In this document: piece after piece, positions 1-13,432 of the stretch
How the letters are laid out: each line of letters opens with the position of its first letter
How positions within the stretch are numbered: position 1 is the stretch's first letter
NCBI GenBank assembly: GCA_016748015.1
Contig: JAAOMT010000193.1
Coordinates: 62,001 to 126,000, forward strand
Direction: 5' to 3'
DNA: 64,000 nt
Origin: Geosiphon pyriformis uo1
Taxonomy: Eukaryota > Fungi > Glomeromycota
Notes under the pieces: generated by a model
What the model was told of the DNA's origin: nothing
Databases searched by the model: none
What the model saw: only the letters and a program-made list of their open reading frames with translations
Made by a program: the position numbers and the translations under genes

Positions 1-675
1 TGAATGTTTCCAATATAATTGTGTTTTTCCTTTCATCACAAGCAAGGACCCATCTTCTAGTACCCATTTTTTAGTGAGTTTCCTATCATTCTTATTTTTG
101 AAAACTAAAGCCCTTTGCGAACCCAAGCTCACACAAGCGATCACACCATCAGGTACCAATCCTTTTTCGTCATCAGAATGCTCACCGATAGAATCTTCAC
201 CATTTTTATACCAGTTAAGTAAAACAAAGTTGAACTCTACCCTAAGTATTTTTTCAATTTTTTCCTTTATTATTTTCACGGTTGGTGGATACTCAACCGC
301 GTCAACGCTAGCCGTAGTTCCTGAATACCGATATACTTTTCCCGAATCAGATCCAAAGGAGCATGTTTTTCGTGCTGCATATGCTGGGCGGCCAAACATT
401 ATAAAAGTGGGACGCCTCCAGTAAGGTAATAACGAGAGTTCTCGATAATATGAATTGCTTTCTTTAGAAGATAAGCCTATGTCAGTATAGTATAATACTT
501 GGGCGTTTGGAAGCTCAAGATCAACAAAAGGGATGGTATCATTATTATGCGTTAGTTTTGGCTTCTTGTTACTTTGGTCAATCGTTTCTTCTTTCTTTTT
601 GAAAAATGTCTTAATACTGCTTTGAGAGTTTCGGTCAGCGCTGATTGAAGCCGCAAAACTAATAGACCGTTTCAT
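1..675 (-). CDS. AlkB-family 2OG-Fe(II) dioxygenase (ALKBH2/3-like DNA repair demethylase), 3' end beyond window
   Basis: Manual translation from ATG at 675 is open to base 1: MKRSISFAAS...VYRYSG...FNFVLLNWYKNGEDSIGEHSDDE...IACVSLGSQR...LEDGSLLVMKGKTQLYWKHS. It has the NxY, HxD and distal H motifs. Not listed in the ORF track because no stop lies inside the window. Confidence 0.9.
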   Translation of the reverse strand, partial: MKRSISFAASISADRNSQSSIKTFFKKKEETIDQSNKKPKLTHNNDTIPFVDLELPNAQVLYYTDIGLSSKESNSYYRELSLLPYWRRPTFIMFGRPAYAARKTCSFGSDSGKVYRYSGTTASVDAVEYPPTVKIIKEKIEKILRVEFNFVLLNWYKNGEDSIGEHSDDEKGLVPDGVIACVSLGSQRALVFKNKNDRKLTKKWVLEDGSLLVMKGKTQLYWKHS

Positions 676-955
676 ACTCTGGAGTAGCAAAACAAAATTA
701 TGTTTAATATTTAACTAATTAATATCACATCAAAACAATCGAAAATTATTAAATATATGTTATAAGGTGTGGATGAATCTAGTTGTAACAACCTGTTACA
801 TGAAACAACCTCGAAAATAGCTTCAATTAGGATCGGAAATTTTAATAAATTTTAAAAAAATAACATGTAATAATGATGTGTATTATTTATTATTATTGGA
901 CAAATTAAAGTTGGATCATTAATTTCACTAGAAATAAATGCAATGTTTAATTTAC

Positions 956-2900
956 CTAATTTTGACATCTTGCATTATTGTGTCCTGAAAGACCACATCT
1001 ACTACAAGTGTATTTTGTGCGTGGTTTTCTTTTTTTTTCAGTAGCAGACTTATAACATTTGGTTTTTGGGTGTTCTTTATGTCGTGATACTAATGGATTT
1101 TCAACTTGCTCAAGCTTATTTTCTTTTATTGGCATCATTAACTTGATTGTTTTCCAGGACTTGGTCTTGATTTTGAAGTGTAGGCACCACTTTTTTATGT
1201 TGGCCAATAAATTGCCTTAACCATATTATCATCTTACTATGATTGTTATGTTTAATAGCGAGCTGAGCAGTCTGTTATGCAAGTTCTCACACTTCACCAT
1301 ATTTTTGTTTTCTCTGTGCTGCAAAATGTAAAACATTGGTAATGGTTTTAAGTATAGTTAAAGGATTTGGAATTATTATTTTATCAGAAGAATTTTTACA
1401 GTTTTTTAATTTGTAAAGCAAAAAACTTTAGTAACTAAATTATTATTTGAATGTGAAATTTTACAATTTTTGAATGTAGCATTACTTGAAAATAATGGTA
1501 ACAAACAATACTATAAGGTATATTAAACAAGTATAAACAAAGATAAAAAACAGAATTAACAATTATAATAAAATATAAATGTTTGGTGTTTTCTGGTTAT
1601 AGGTCTATAATCTTCTATACTTTTTTAATGTTTTTTTATTGACTTCAACAACCATTAATTTCAATAAAATTTGTTTTATGTTATACAGATTCTCAATGAA
1701 ATCACTTATTATATTAGGACTAGAATTCTAAATATCAAAATATTATTAAATAAATGACTTGAAAAAGTACACTAAGAAATAAATTTTCTTACTTTATTAT
1801 AAATATTAATATTCAATAATAATTGACTTATAATAAAGTATAGGTATTGTGCCATTTCTAAATGTTCTATGGATAAGATATAAAATATTGAGTTATTTGT
1901 TTATTAATCTTAAAAAAAAAATTATGGCCAATTGACATAATTTTTATATAAAATAAAAGTGTATAATATTTAAAAAAACGATTTTATTCTGTCTTACTTT
2001 CAAGTCTTGTGTCTAATACATTAGCAAGATTACACAAACTGTCATTTGCTAAAAACATATGTTTAATAATATTGTTAAAATCTTTAATGTAAAGGATAAT
2101 TTGAGTTTTTATAATAAATATTTTTGATGTAAATACATAGTTTTATGCTTATTAGTTGAAATAAAAAGCTTTTATTAAGTAATTTTTAATATTAATATAT
2201 GTTTTAGTAAGTTGTTTTGTATATTTAAACAACTGCTGTATCTGTTGTAGGATTAGTATTGATAATAAATACTAATAGTTTTGTTATTATTGTTTTTTTT
2301 GTGTATTCTAGAATCTATTTATATGATTTAGCAGTTTTATTTAATATAATAGCTTATGTAATAAGACAAAATCTTGTGTTATTATTTATAATAAAAAAGA
2401 GAAAAGATAATATTTAATAGCAATTGGTTTTTGCTATATTATTATTTAAAACAATATTATAGTATTTTAATCAAAAAACAACTTATATAGAAAACATCCA
2501 AAATATACAAATAAGTTAATTTTCATCAATTTCAAACTCTATAACTCATTTAGGATTATTTGATTTGCAATTCATAAGAGTTATTAACAAGTAGAATATA
2601 TCATGTTTTTTGTTATTATAAATTTTAAATCTTTGTATTATATTTGTAAAATCACAATTGAAAATAAATGTTATTAGAAATTTCACTTTTAATACTTTCT
2701 TTTAAGTAGTAATTAATAGATTTGCACATTCCATAAAAAATCAAATTTTCTAAAGAATATTATCTGAAATTTTTCAATACATTAAAACATATTTCCTAGT
2801 ATTGAGATATAATAAATAATTGTGTATATCATTAAAAATAGTAAAAGTTATTTTGTGTGAGTTTTTGATATAATTAATATTAGCATACTAATTATATTTT
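956..2900 (-). mobile_element. Degenerate MULE/FAR1-type DNA transposase remnant ending in a CCHC zinc knuckle
   Basis: ORF 956-1207 ends KRKPRTKYTCSRCGLSGHNNARC. Upstream minus-strand fragments read LCNLANVLDTRLES (~2000-2045) and IEHLEMAQYLYF (~1835-1870), resembling FAR1/MULE transposases. Many stops and very AT-rich; the upper boundary is approximate. Confidence 0.55.
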
Positions 2901-3378
2901 TAATATTTTAATTTGGTGTTTTGATAATTTTAAACATTGATTTTTTTTTTAATTTATATTGACTGCCAAATTTATATTTAAAAGTACAATGTTTAATGTT
3001 GCTATTTGAATATTATTCTAGTGCAAAATTTTATAGTTAAATAAATATAAAAAAATCTAACACTAAATATGACTAAAATTATAACCAAAAATCTTATTTT
3101 TATTTATAAGCACTTGGTTATTTAATTAGAATAAGTCTTTACTAACATAATTCTAAAATTAATTAGCCAGCTTTATATTAAAAATAAGTTCTAAATTAAG
3201 ATAAAAATAACTTTAGTCTTTTAATACATGGTTTTTTACTAAACATATATATATATTCTTCTCTAAAGACAAACTGATTATTTTTTTTTGTTCTGTATTT
3301 ACACTAAAATATTAATTTTAATACAATATATAACATATAAAGTATTATAATTAAAATTGCCAATATATTATTAATTAC

Positions 3379-4290
3379 TATTATTAGTAAAATTTTAGTC
3401 ATAAATTAGCATAAAATTATTTTTATAATTCCTATTATTAATTAGCATATATAAATATTATTTTAATTATTACTTATTACTTAATTAAATTATTGAATAT
3501 CACTATTTAATTAATAATTTAATTTGTACAATAAAATTAGAATAATCAAATAACACAATACCTTAAACTATATAATATTTAAGAATTTGCCAAAATTTGT
3601 AAAAATAATAAATAGTTTACTAAAATAGTTAATAGTTTGTCAAAATAACTTGTAGTTTAACAAAATATATCTTTAGTTTGTTAAAATTATAGTAAAAAAA
3701 AATTCAAATTCATAGACTAATACTATAATAAGTTGTATAAACAAAGAGCTTCTTTTTTCAAAAAATATATCTTATTATAGATATCTTATTTTAGATTTAT
3801 TTTCATTAGTATAATTTAAAATAATTACACTTAACATTTTTTAAAACCTGACCAATATTTTAAAATTAATTAGTTATTAATTTCAGTAAATTATTAATAA
3901 CTTCAGACCTAGACCAAAAAATGATTTTCTTAACAAAATCTTATTTTCTTTATATTTCTTTTATATTTCTTTTTTTTTTCTTACTATAATCAGTAAAGTA
4001 GTTTACAGGTGAGATTTCTGTAGAAAAATTAACTTTTACAGCAAAGTAACTACAGATAATTTAAACAAGTAATTCTTAAAAAAAAGTTGGCTTTTATTAC
4101 AAAATAATCATATAAGGTAACTGGAATAGAATTAGTTATTTCTCTTATAAGTCTAGCAGTTTAAATTATAAGAAATAATTTAAAGATAAATTTCGTTAAT
4201 AAAGGTTTATTAACTTCCAATAAATGTAAATTAACAACAACCAGACATTAAATAATATTCAAAAAAAAAGACCAAAAATCTCTAATAATA
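3379..4290 (+). mobile_element. Degenerate solo LTR, same family as 27486-28460
   Basis: Collinear similarity over ~0.9 kb with 27486-28460. Termini TATTATTAG...TAATAATA correspond to TGTTACCAG...TGATAACA after transitions. Confidence 0.7.
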
Positions 4291-4648
4291 TTACAATACT
4301 AATTAATACATTTAAGTAAATGTTATTTAGAATAGTTTAAAGAGTTAAACTTTGCATAATTTGTTGTCTTTAATACTTTAGAATTTATAGTTTATATCTG
4401 GTACACAAATTTTCATATTTATATTCATAATATACAAGTTTTTCTTGTAACTTAAGTACTGTTTGAAACAAAAAAAACTTCTTGTTATGCAAGAATGAAA
4501 ACAGTTACACCAAAAATTTTGATGTGTTTTCGTACTACAATATACAGATGGTGCGCGTCAAATTCAAAAACCATGTAATGTAATATATGTGATTTATTTT
4601 TAGCTAATGAAAATAATTAATATTACATAATTTAAAACAAATTGAGAC

Positions 4649-4724
4649 GTCGATCACTGCGCCATATATGGCACAGTGATCGGCGAAACAAATAAAGTCA
4701 CGTGTCACAATATTAAATCACGTG
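4649..4724. promoter_or_regulatory. 32-36 bp near-perfect palindrome followed by two CACGTG E-boxes
   Basis: CGATCACTGCGCCATATATGGCACAGTGATCG (4651-4682) has one mismatch. CACGTG occurs at 4699 and 4719. Confidence 0.4.
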
Positions 4725-5923
4725 CTTTCCCGAGGTTGTTACAAATCTATTAATCCATAAGTTGTTATATATAAGTCAAAAAATAATTATTTTAACATTA
4801 AGACAATTTTCCAACATTATTTTAATATTGACAATTTTAAATTTATTTATATATTTAAGAGTGTGGGTGACACTTTTTACATGTAATCACCCACTTGTAT
4901 TAGTTCTAAATATAGCCAATTTTTAAACTCCAATAATAACTGGATATCGCGCACTGTGAATCTTGTAATAAGTTGTTTGAGATCCTTCTAGATCTACCAT
5001 TTTGTGCTTCCACATATTTTGCCTAATGTCTGTATACATATTAGTATCGTTAGAATTTATGTCTAAATAATTTTGAATCTAAATTTATAAATTGCTTTGT
5101 TATTTTCTTAGTTCTTTTATTTGACAATCGATCAGCGTTTGCGATTGGTGAACATCTTCATCCTTTGATGCTATGCCATGCTATTTAATTTTTCCGATTG
5201 GTAGCGCATCCCAAAATTTTGGTTAACAGCATATAATTCGTTCCTACGATTGATCGATTAGGAAATCTTTATGTAAAATTAAGCGATCTACGGTGATCGT
5301 ATTCATGGTTTCAGATTCCGAAAATAACTCTCAGTCTAAGCACAAACCATCACGTTTTAACTTGAAATTCCAAGATCCCTTTTATACTTTAGATAATCAC
5401 ACTGTCGATATTATTGAGGCATTATCATTTGTCGATTATCAGCTCAAAATTTTGGAATCGACTCCTCTATTTAAATAATGAAGTATAAAACTGATTTGTG
5501 ATAATGAAATGTTTAACAATGTTTCGTTTTATATTAATTGTCGCTTTGATCTTGGGATGGAGTTCTATTGGTATATAAAAATTTTAATATAATAAAACAA
5601 ACAACAAAGACTTTGAACCCTGAATCAACATATAAGATGAAGGAAACGATAAAAAATATAATACAAATGTATAAAAATATTATGTAATATAGAAATACAG
5701 TTTAAGAAATAACTAGTAATTTGAAATTAAAATGTTAGAGTTTGAATAAGGATGATAAAATATATATATGAAGTTATTTTATTTAGAAATGAGACGTTGC
5801 ATTAAACGTCTATTCATTCAGGAACACTTGTAAGCTAGCGTAATTTCACCTATAAAAGTGATTCCAAGAAGCGTTAATAAGGTTAAGGAATCGAGAACAG
5901 TTCATCGTTATAACCCAATAAAG

Positions 5924-7351
5924 TTAACGACCGATATTGGTAAATTTTTGAATCCACGATGTACGTGGTTTCTTGCTCGATTCCTTTGTTCGTAATTGAT
6001 GTAAATCTTCTGGTGTCAAAAATGCCTGATTATTATCGGATTTTCTAACTGAATTTTCTGTTGTGACTAAAGGCTTGGTTCTATCTGCTGAAGTTTGTGT
6101 TGTGGAGGGTTTATTCGTTTCAATAATAATATTTTCATCTCGTTCCTGATCGAAGTTAGGTACTGAATCAGTATTCTTTTGTTTCGAATTGGCTGGTTGT
6201 GATAAGACGTCCATAGTATACCGAGCTTTATTGGGTTTTTTTGAAAAAAAACTAAATCTCGCCGGATTTGTTATCCCAGTACCAGTCACGTTATCCCCAG
6301 ATGACCGTCGGAATATTTTGCCCTTGAAGGATCCAGATGTAGATTCTTCAAGTATATTATTATCCTGAGATTTCTCCTCATTTTCCCCACAAATGACATT
6401 TACATCCGAATCTTTACTTTTCCTTTTTGTGCTAAGCCTTTTCAAAAGGCTTGGTCTACGTTTAGGTTCCGAATTGTCATTATTAGCTTCAGTCGGTTGA
6501 ACTCCATAAGCCATAGATCCTTCAAGAAAACTATCCATGTAGTGAAGACCATTATTATGATCATAGGCGGTATATCGATTGCGTGTATAAATACGATGTA
6601 AATCATAATCATCTTGATCATTTTGATTTTCGCCATTTTGATCATATACCCGAGAGTAACGAAACGGTAATGTGGTTGCCGGGCGATTTTTTCCTTCGGT
6701 TTGATGAAATGCTAGTACTGGAGCTTGAGCATTCCCATTCCTAAACGGTAAAATACAATCATAGGGACTTTCGTGATGGAGTGCTATAAAATTGTGTTAT
6801 TGACAGATAGTCAAAATTCAGTTCATTGAAAGATTATAAAATTGATTATTAGAATTAACAAAGAAATTTTATCATGACTGCTTACTTGTTCCTCCATAAA
6901 AATAGCTCAAATCTAATTTATCAATATTATCGATGAAGGTTCTCCTTCGATTGTGTTCACTTTGGCTCTTTAGTCTTTCTTGTCGACTCTTGATACTTGG
7001 CTGGTTACTAGCATCATTTGGCAATATATTCGTCCCTGTTTCAGACTGGCAACGCGAGTGACGATGTTGATGCTGTATTGGGTTGTTATGGTGGGGTTGA
7101 AGTAGTTCTGTTGTGCTTACAGATTCTCCCAAATAAGCAAGACCATCTGAGGAGGAAACCGAAACTTCTGAGTGTGCTAACGGAGAGCTGGAAATAGGAA
7201 TGTACCTATGCTCCATTCTATGAAAGTTTTGTGATGTAGTTTCTTGTGAACTAACGAATGGTTCGGGTCCGAAATAAATATCATTTGGATTTGGTATTGC
7301 GGATGGGCCTAAACTTGATTGTTGTAGAGGTACTGCAGTGACTACAGACAT
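5924..7351 (-). CDS. Hypothetical Ser/Lys-rich low-complexity protein, 2 exons (7351-6886, 6784-5924)
   Basis: A GTAAGC donor at 6885 and a TTTTATAG acceptor join ORF 6872-7351 in frame with ORF 5924-6538. No recognised domain. Confidence 0.7.
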
Positions 7352-7787
7352 TTTCTTTTTAAAAATAATAGTAAGAGTAGGTTTTTCGAGAAATCAAGAG
7401 ACTAATGTGATAATAAAAGATTGAGCAAAGAAATAGTCTTCCGAGTTACTCAAAGGCGTATATTTTTTCAGGTAATAAGAATAGTAAATATTATAAATAC
7501 TAACGAAAAAGGAAAGATTTTATAGCATTTCGCCATATTTGGGTATTGAAGACTAAACTACATTCACTCAGTCACATTTTAACCTTTCCTGCATACAGAA
7601 TTATTATTTTCGTCATTTCTTGTATTTAAGTTTCTAAATTTATACTGCAAGTCGCATTCTCTGTTATTCCATCTGAGAAAAACTTTGTCAATCACACAAT
7701 TTTATTGGTCTACAATCTGCGTAAAAAAAATCGGATATTTGTTATTGTCACCAAATTTTTAACATTTTTATCCTGTAATATATTAGT

Positions 7788-8871
7788 ATGGCCGATAAAG
7801 AGAATCCAATAGTCTTCTTTGACATCTCAATTGGCGGTCAACCAGCTGGTCGAATGAAGATGGAGCTATTTGCAGACATAGTTCCTATAACCGCGGAAAA
7901 TTTTCGGTGAATTTCAAATCTTGAACTGGCTTCTCTCTTTATCTTTTGCTTGAAATTTTTAACTATTATTTAAATTTTTAAAGACAACTTTGTACGGGAG
8001 AGCATAAGTAATATTTGGTTTGAGTTGAGGGAGTTTTGGGTTCTTAATTTTTGAATTTTGTCAACTTATGAATTTGTGTATGAGTGTATTCTTTGATTAT
8101 TTCACTAATGTTTTTTAGGAAAAATGGGACTCCACAGGGTTACAAAGGCGCATCTTTTCATAGGTGTGTTTGGGTTTTTTAGTTAAAACAAAAAAATTAC
8201 ATAATATTGGCAATTTTAAGCCATGTGAAACAACAAATTTAAATTATTCCTTATATAACTTACGTGAGTCAGGGTTATTAAAGATTTTATGGTTCAAGGA
8301 GGTGACTTTGTAAAGGTAAATTTTGTACAATCCGATTTTCATGAATGTTATTCTCACCTATTCTTTGATACTCTCCTTTTTGAAAGGGTGATGGGACTGG
8401 ATCGTTTAGTATATATGGGGAGAAATTTGCAGATGAGAATTTTACGCTAAAACATACTGGACCTGGTCTGCTTTCAATGGTAATTTCATAGAGCTGAAAC
8501 CTATGTATTCTATGCTCTTTATTTTTTCATCCAAACCAAATTTAAATTGCTATTGGCAGGCAAATGCTGGGCCAAATAGTAACGGTTGTCAGGCAAGTTA
8601 TAAGAATATTTTATCCCGTGTGAACGCATATAAATATTATATCTTACTTTTCCTCAGTTAGAATTTATTGAATTGTTATAATACCTGTTTCTCCTAAATA
8701 TATTAGTTCTTTATCACTTGTGCAAAATGCGATTTCCTTGACAGCAAGCATGTGGTTTTTGGGAAACTCACCGACGGCCTTTTGACTTTACGAAAGATTG
8801 AAAATGTGTCGACTGGACCAGGAAATCGACCAAAATTGCCGGTCATTATTACCGAATGTGGCCAGTACTAA
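7788..8871 (+). CDS. PPIH: Peptidyl-prolyl cis-trans isomerase H (spliceosomal cyclophilin H), 7 exons
   Basis: Spliced translation: [82 protein letters not shown]...[34 protein letters not shown]...ITECGQY*. NGCQFFITC and CDFLD are typical of cyclophilin H. Confidence 0.92.
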
Positions 8872-9323
8872 CTATTTAAGCTCCCTAATCTTTTTTATCA
8901 GCCCTCTAACTTTCAATTTTTATTATGAATCTTGGTAAGGTTGGTTGCGAATGGATAATTTCCCAGAAAATTATTATAAAAACTTGTATTTTTATACGAA
9001 TTTATTTTGAGGATTAAGGATGAGTAGTCATCGATCCTAAATCAAGTAATTACCTAACGGAATTATCCGAAAGAGTATTTAAAGGAATAAGGTTCCATAC
9101 TAAATTAGGAAAAAAATAAAAGAGATTATTAACGATTAAAGGCACGGAAATTTCAAATAACTCCCCGAACGTTAAGTTGCAAAGTGAATTTGCTAATTTC
9201 GAGAATCATTTAGATTTAATTTAATTATTGAAAGAAATTATTCATTCAAAAAAGTTCTATGAGCCCTACACATTTAAATGTGTAGGACCCTTACACCACG
9301 AGATAACTAAGGAATCTCGTCAA

Positions 9324-10902
9324 TTATCCCATTCCACAAATAGCCAGATCCCTCATTTGCTGCAATACTTCCTCCACTTGGCCGTCAGCATGCTTATCTT
9401 TGGGAAAGTATTGTTGAAGGCTGCTCAAACCATCATAACTTTCCTGACAAAATTTAAGCTGGATTTTCACCAATGCTTCAAAAGTGGGATCTATAAACGG
9501 CACCCGCAAGTCAATAAGTTTTGGTAGCTCAGTAACCAATTGTGTGTTAAGTGAGTTATATAGTTCCCGGGATTCGTTGGCTTGGGCTTCGGCCTTTGAA
9601 ATGAGATGAAATCAAATGAGATTATTGAGCTGTTTAAAGAAACAGGTATTTATCCATTCCAAATAGCTGATACTCACCCTAGGCAATTTGTTGGGATCAT
9701 CAGATGGCTTATCAACTAGTTTCCGAACCTTTGAGCGCATCGCATCATAATCCAACAATTTCTTCTGGCGACGTTTGATGCTGTCATTGATATCCGGGAA
9801 ATAAGCGCAAAACCTCCCCAAAGGTTCCAACACAGTATGACGATAAGGATCATCCTATGAAATAATAAAAAGAATCAGAGACATAACCAAAAAATTAATT
9901 CAGAACTTTAATTCACTCACCAAATATGTACGACATTCGGCATCAAGTCTTTCAACTGTCTGCTTATATTTGGCGCCACCCAAGGCATTTTCCGAGTCTT
10001 CGTAAAAGTGTTCCACTGTTTCTGCAATCCGAACTTGAGCGGCTGTCATAGCTATAATTATTTTGCAATTAAAAAAGTGGAATAGCTTAAAGAAAGTTTT
10101 CACAAATCCCAGGTAAATAGAGTGACTTACCCCGCAAAGAATCTAGATAGCGTTTAGCCTCCTTGTGCAATTTTTCCGATTTGCTCTGTAGACTATAAAA
10201 TTATACTTGTTTTTTAGTGAAAATAACTCAAATTATCATTACTTTTGGCATTATGTAAAACATCCTCTATTCCCCCCCCCCCCAAAAAAAACAAACTTTT
10301 TAAACCGCCTTTCCTCTTCATCAAATTCTCGATCCACCTATAAAACAAGATGTAAGGACATGGGGAGGTGAATTCACTTTTGCCTAGAGCTCTGAACCAA
10401 TCTCATGTAAAAATGTTTATTTTGATACAAACCGTCTTATCAATTGCACCAGTTTTTTGCATAATCTGAGAATTTGATAATTAAGGCAAAATTTGTTAAC
10501 TCGATTTGAGCAAAAATTCTCATGTTTTTTAGGTTCTTTTAGTCCCGATCGAGGTGAAAATCCTCCCATGGAACAACATACCGTAGTCCCAGTACGATTT
10601 AAAGACTTCTTAAAACCTGACCTGTTGTGTTGTAAACAGAAGATTGTTATGAAAACAATTTAACAGAAGAAAGTAGCAACCACTCTCGTTCAGAGCTTGG
10701 CTTTATTTTCTTCAGATTCGCTACGAGCTAAAGCGAGTGTTGGGAGTCTTATGGGGATGCCTGAAACATTCAAGTCATTTTTATTTTTTTCGTCCAAAAA
10801 TTTTTGTGGTTATGGCTTTAAAGATTCTTGGTCTTTAGCAGATCACAATTGCCAACAAGCTTTTCTCCCGAAAAAATGTCAAATTGAAACTTACCAATTC
10901 AT
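9324..10902 (-). CDS. RVS161: N-BAR domain amphiphysin-like protein (Rvs161/Hob3), 8 exons
   Basis: The first micro-exon is ATGAATTG|GTAAGT at 10902. Spliced product: MNWSGFKKSLNRTGTTIMQKTGAIDKTVDREFDEEERRFK...LHKEAKRYLDSLRAMTAAQVRIAE...KKLLDYDAMRSKVRKLVDKPSDDP...ELPKLIDLRVPFIDPTFEALVKIQ. There is no SH3 domain. Confidence 0.9.
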
Positions 10903-11124
10903 TTTTCTTAAAATTCAGTGGGGATAAAAGGACGTAAAAGGTTTAATAGTAAAATCCCTAAAGACAGGAGTAGTTCAAAAATTGATGGTGTTGAAACAAC
11001 TTTGGTGCAGTTTTATGTGTAAATCGTAATAAGTAAAAGGAAATTTATGAGCCGATCCTTTTGAACACTCACAAAGTTCTCGTGCAGCTTATCAGTCACT
11101 TGAGTCCTAACTATTGAGGGCAAC

Positions 11125-13082
11125 ATGCAAAATGCATACGAGTCCTTCACGATTGCGCCAAACGAATCGAATCAACGTTTGGAAAAACTTATACTTTCTA
11201 ATTTTCGCGACTTAGTAGTTTCACGACACTTGTGTCGGCTTTGCTTTAAGCGCAAAGAAATTTCAGTTAATGGCCAAATTGCGGAGTGCTCACGTATAGT
11301 ACAAGAGGGAGATTTCGTAGAATTTAAAATCAACAGCATCGAGGCTCGCAGGGCCCAATCACAAGTTCCCGTCTCTTTAAAATGGGAAGATGATTATCTT
11401 GCAGTAATAGAAAAAGACCCAGGTGTACACATGACAGGTTTGTTAGAAAGTTTGATTTTTGTATTAGATGGCGGAACTGGTATACTTCAAAAAGGAAAAG
11501 ATTATGCCTTGATCAATGCTTTGCAAAGAGCTGTTAAAGGGTTGGTAAGAAAATTTGTTTGTTGATAAAATTTAAATGCTAATTTCTTCACTACTTACGC
11601 ATTATTTTGCTCCAATCAGGTCATAATATCCAAAACAACAGAGGCAAGATCTAAACTCATCTCGTCACTTATATCTGGCAGAATTCGTCAAAAATATCGT
11701 GTTATTTGTCATGGACAATTTTCGACTATGAATGATCACAAAGTGCCTTTTGAAATAAGTTTGATATCAGTAACTCGAAGTACATCAGGCGAAGGAAATT
11801 ACCTTTCCACACTTGATGTAATTGTATATAAACAAACGACAAATACAAAAGTTCCTGATATCAAAGATTACTTTGCTCAAATCCAACATCCGATTGTCGG
11901 GAATAAAAAATCAACCAAGCAGTTGAAGTCTTGTCGAAACATTGGTTTGATGATTGCATTGATTGAAGTTACTTTTCCTCATCCTGTAACTGAATCTTAT
12001 ACTAAGGTATCTATTGAGGAACCGCCGAAATTTGAGGTCAGTTTATTTCTATCCAATAATTTTTGCTGATCCTTTTAATGAAATTTTTGATTCTTTATTT
12101 TTCCATAAAAATTTCTCTTATTAAATATTAAGACACTTCGGCAACGAGAGTTTAGATTCTATGAGCGAAAGCGAGAAGAACAATTGGCAGAACTTAAAAG
12201 CTTTGGAGTGAATTTAAAAGAAAAAATAAATTCTACATGTTCGGAGAAAGATGCCCACTTCCCAATTGCATATATGATTGGAGAAAAGGTATGTATAGCC
12301 CATTACAAATTCTCATAATTCTAAAATAACTTAATACTTCTTTGCAGAAATTTTTTGATTTGTGTTTTTACGTCACAAGAAACACCATGATACCGAGACC
12401 ATCCACAGAATTTCTTGTAAGAACCACCTTAGAACTTTATAAGGAGAAAATGAACCTTCAGAGCTTCTCCAATAGTAAATTGAAAAAATTCTCAATACTG
12501 GACGTAGGCACAGGCACAGGGTGCATTCTCATTTCTGTTTTGCATTCAATATTAGCGAATTGTGATGTTGAAACAGAGAGGCCTATCGAATTGATTGGTT
12601 TAGGACTAGACATCCAAGGGCCTGTGCTTGAGGTTGCTCAGAATAATGCACGTCGTCACCTGGAAGGATTCAAAGAAATCGATCAAAATAATATTAGCTT
12701 TGTTTGTGAATTTCACCAAGGTGACCTGGGAGAGCTACATCAATTTCCTCCTGTAGTAAACAAAAATATTGATATATTAGTTTGTAATCCACCTTATCTT
12801 GACGCATTGCGTCCAGTGGAAAGTAATGATCCACGTTTATATGAACCATCTGAGGCTCTTTATGCGTCCGAGGGAGGGTATGAAGCCTATATAAACCTTC
12901 ATAAATCTTTGAAAAAGGCCTTTGACGAAGGGAAACAAATCCTGCATAATGATGCCTATCTCGTGTTGGAGATTGGAAACAAGATGGGAGAGAATGTGAG
13001 ACAATTATTCACTGATTGGATCTGCGTTAAAAGAGTCAGTGACCATCAAGGAGCAGAAAGATGTTTGGTATTCAAACGTTAG
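11125..13082 (+). CDS. Fusion of S4 + RluA-like pseudouridine-synthase fold with a HemK/PrmC N5-glutamine methyltransferase (~575 aa; exons 11125-11544, 11620-12036, 12133-12288, 12348-13082)
   Basis: Three phase-0 GT-AG introns give one open frame. N-terminal motifs: QRLEK...ISVNG (S4), WEDDYLAVIEKDPG, KYRVICHG, HPIVG. C-terminal motifs: PIAYMIGEKKF, IPRPSTE, LDVGTGTGCI, CNPPY, EPSEALY, LEIG. Confidence 0.85.
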
Positions 13083-13432
13083 GTTTCCACTGCAAGAAAA
13101 ATTTAGTAATCTTGTTGCCTTTTAATGTTCTTTCATCTTGTACATTGTGATTTTATCAACAAGTTTTAAGATGAGTCAGCATTATTGAATTTCTTGAGAA
13201 ATTATTCTTTTGAAGTGTAAAATCGCTGAATAATTAATTATTTTATATAATTTTATTAGTCAAAGATTACTTATGCACTTAAATATGCTTTTTCTCCTTT
13301 ATCAGCCCATTTTTTGTTCGGAATTTTCAAAGAATCAGAACTCGATTAGATAAAACCCATTGTAGAGATACATGAATAATAAGAGAAAACCTCAAGTCTG
13401 AAATGCCACCCTTATGTTTTGATCATCACGAA

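Noticed and set aside
74-424. Plus-strand ORF, and other antisense ORFs such as 15008-15439, 17391-17642 and 40153-40503
   Set aside because: Shadows of real genes on the opposite strand.
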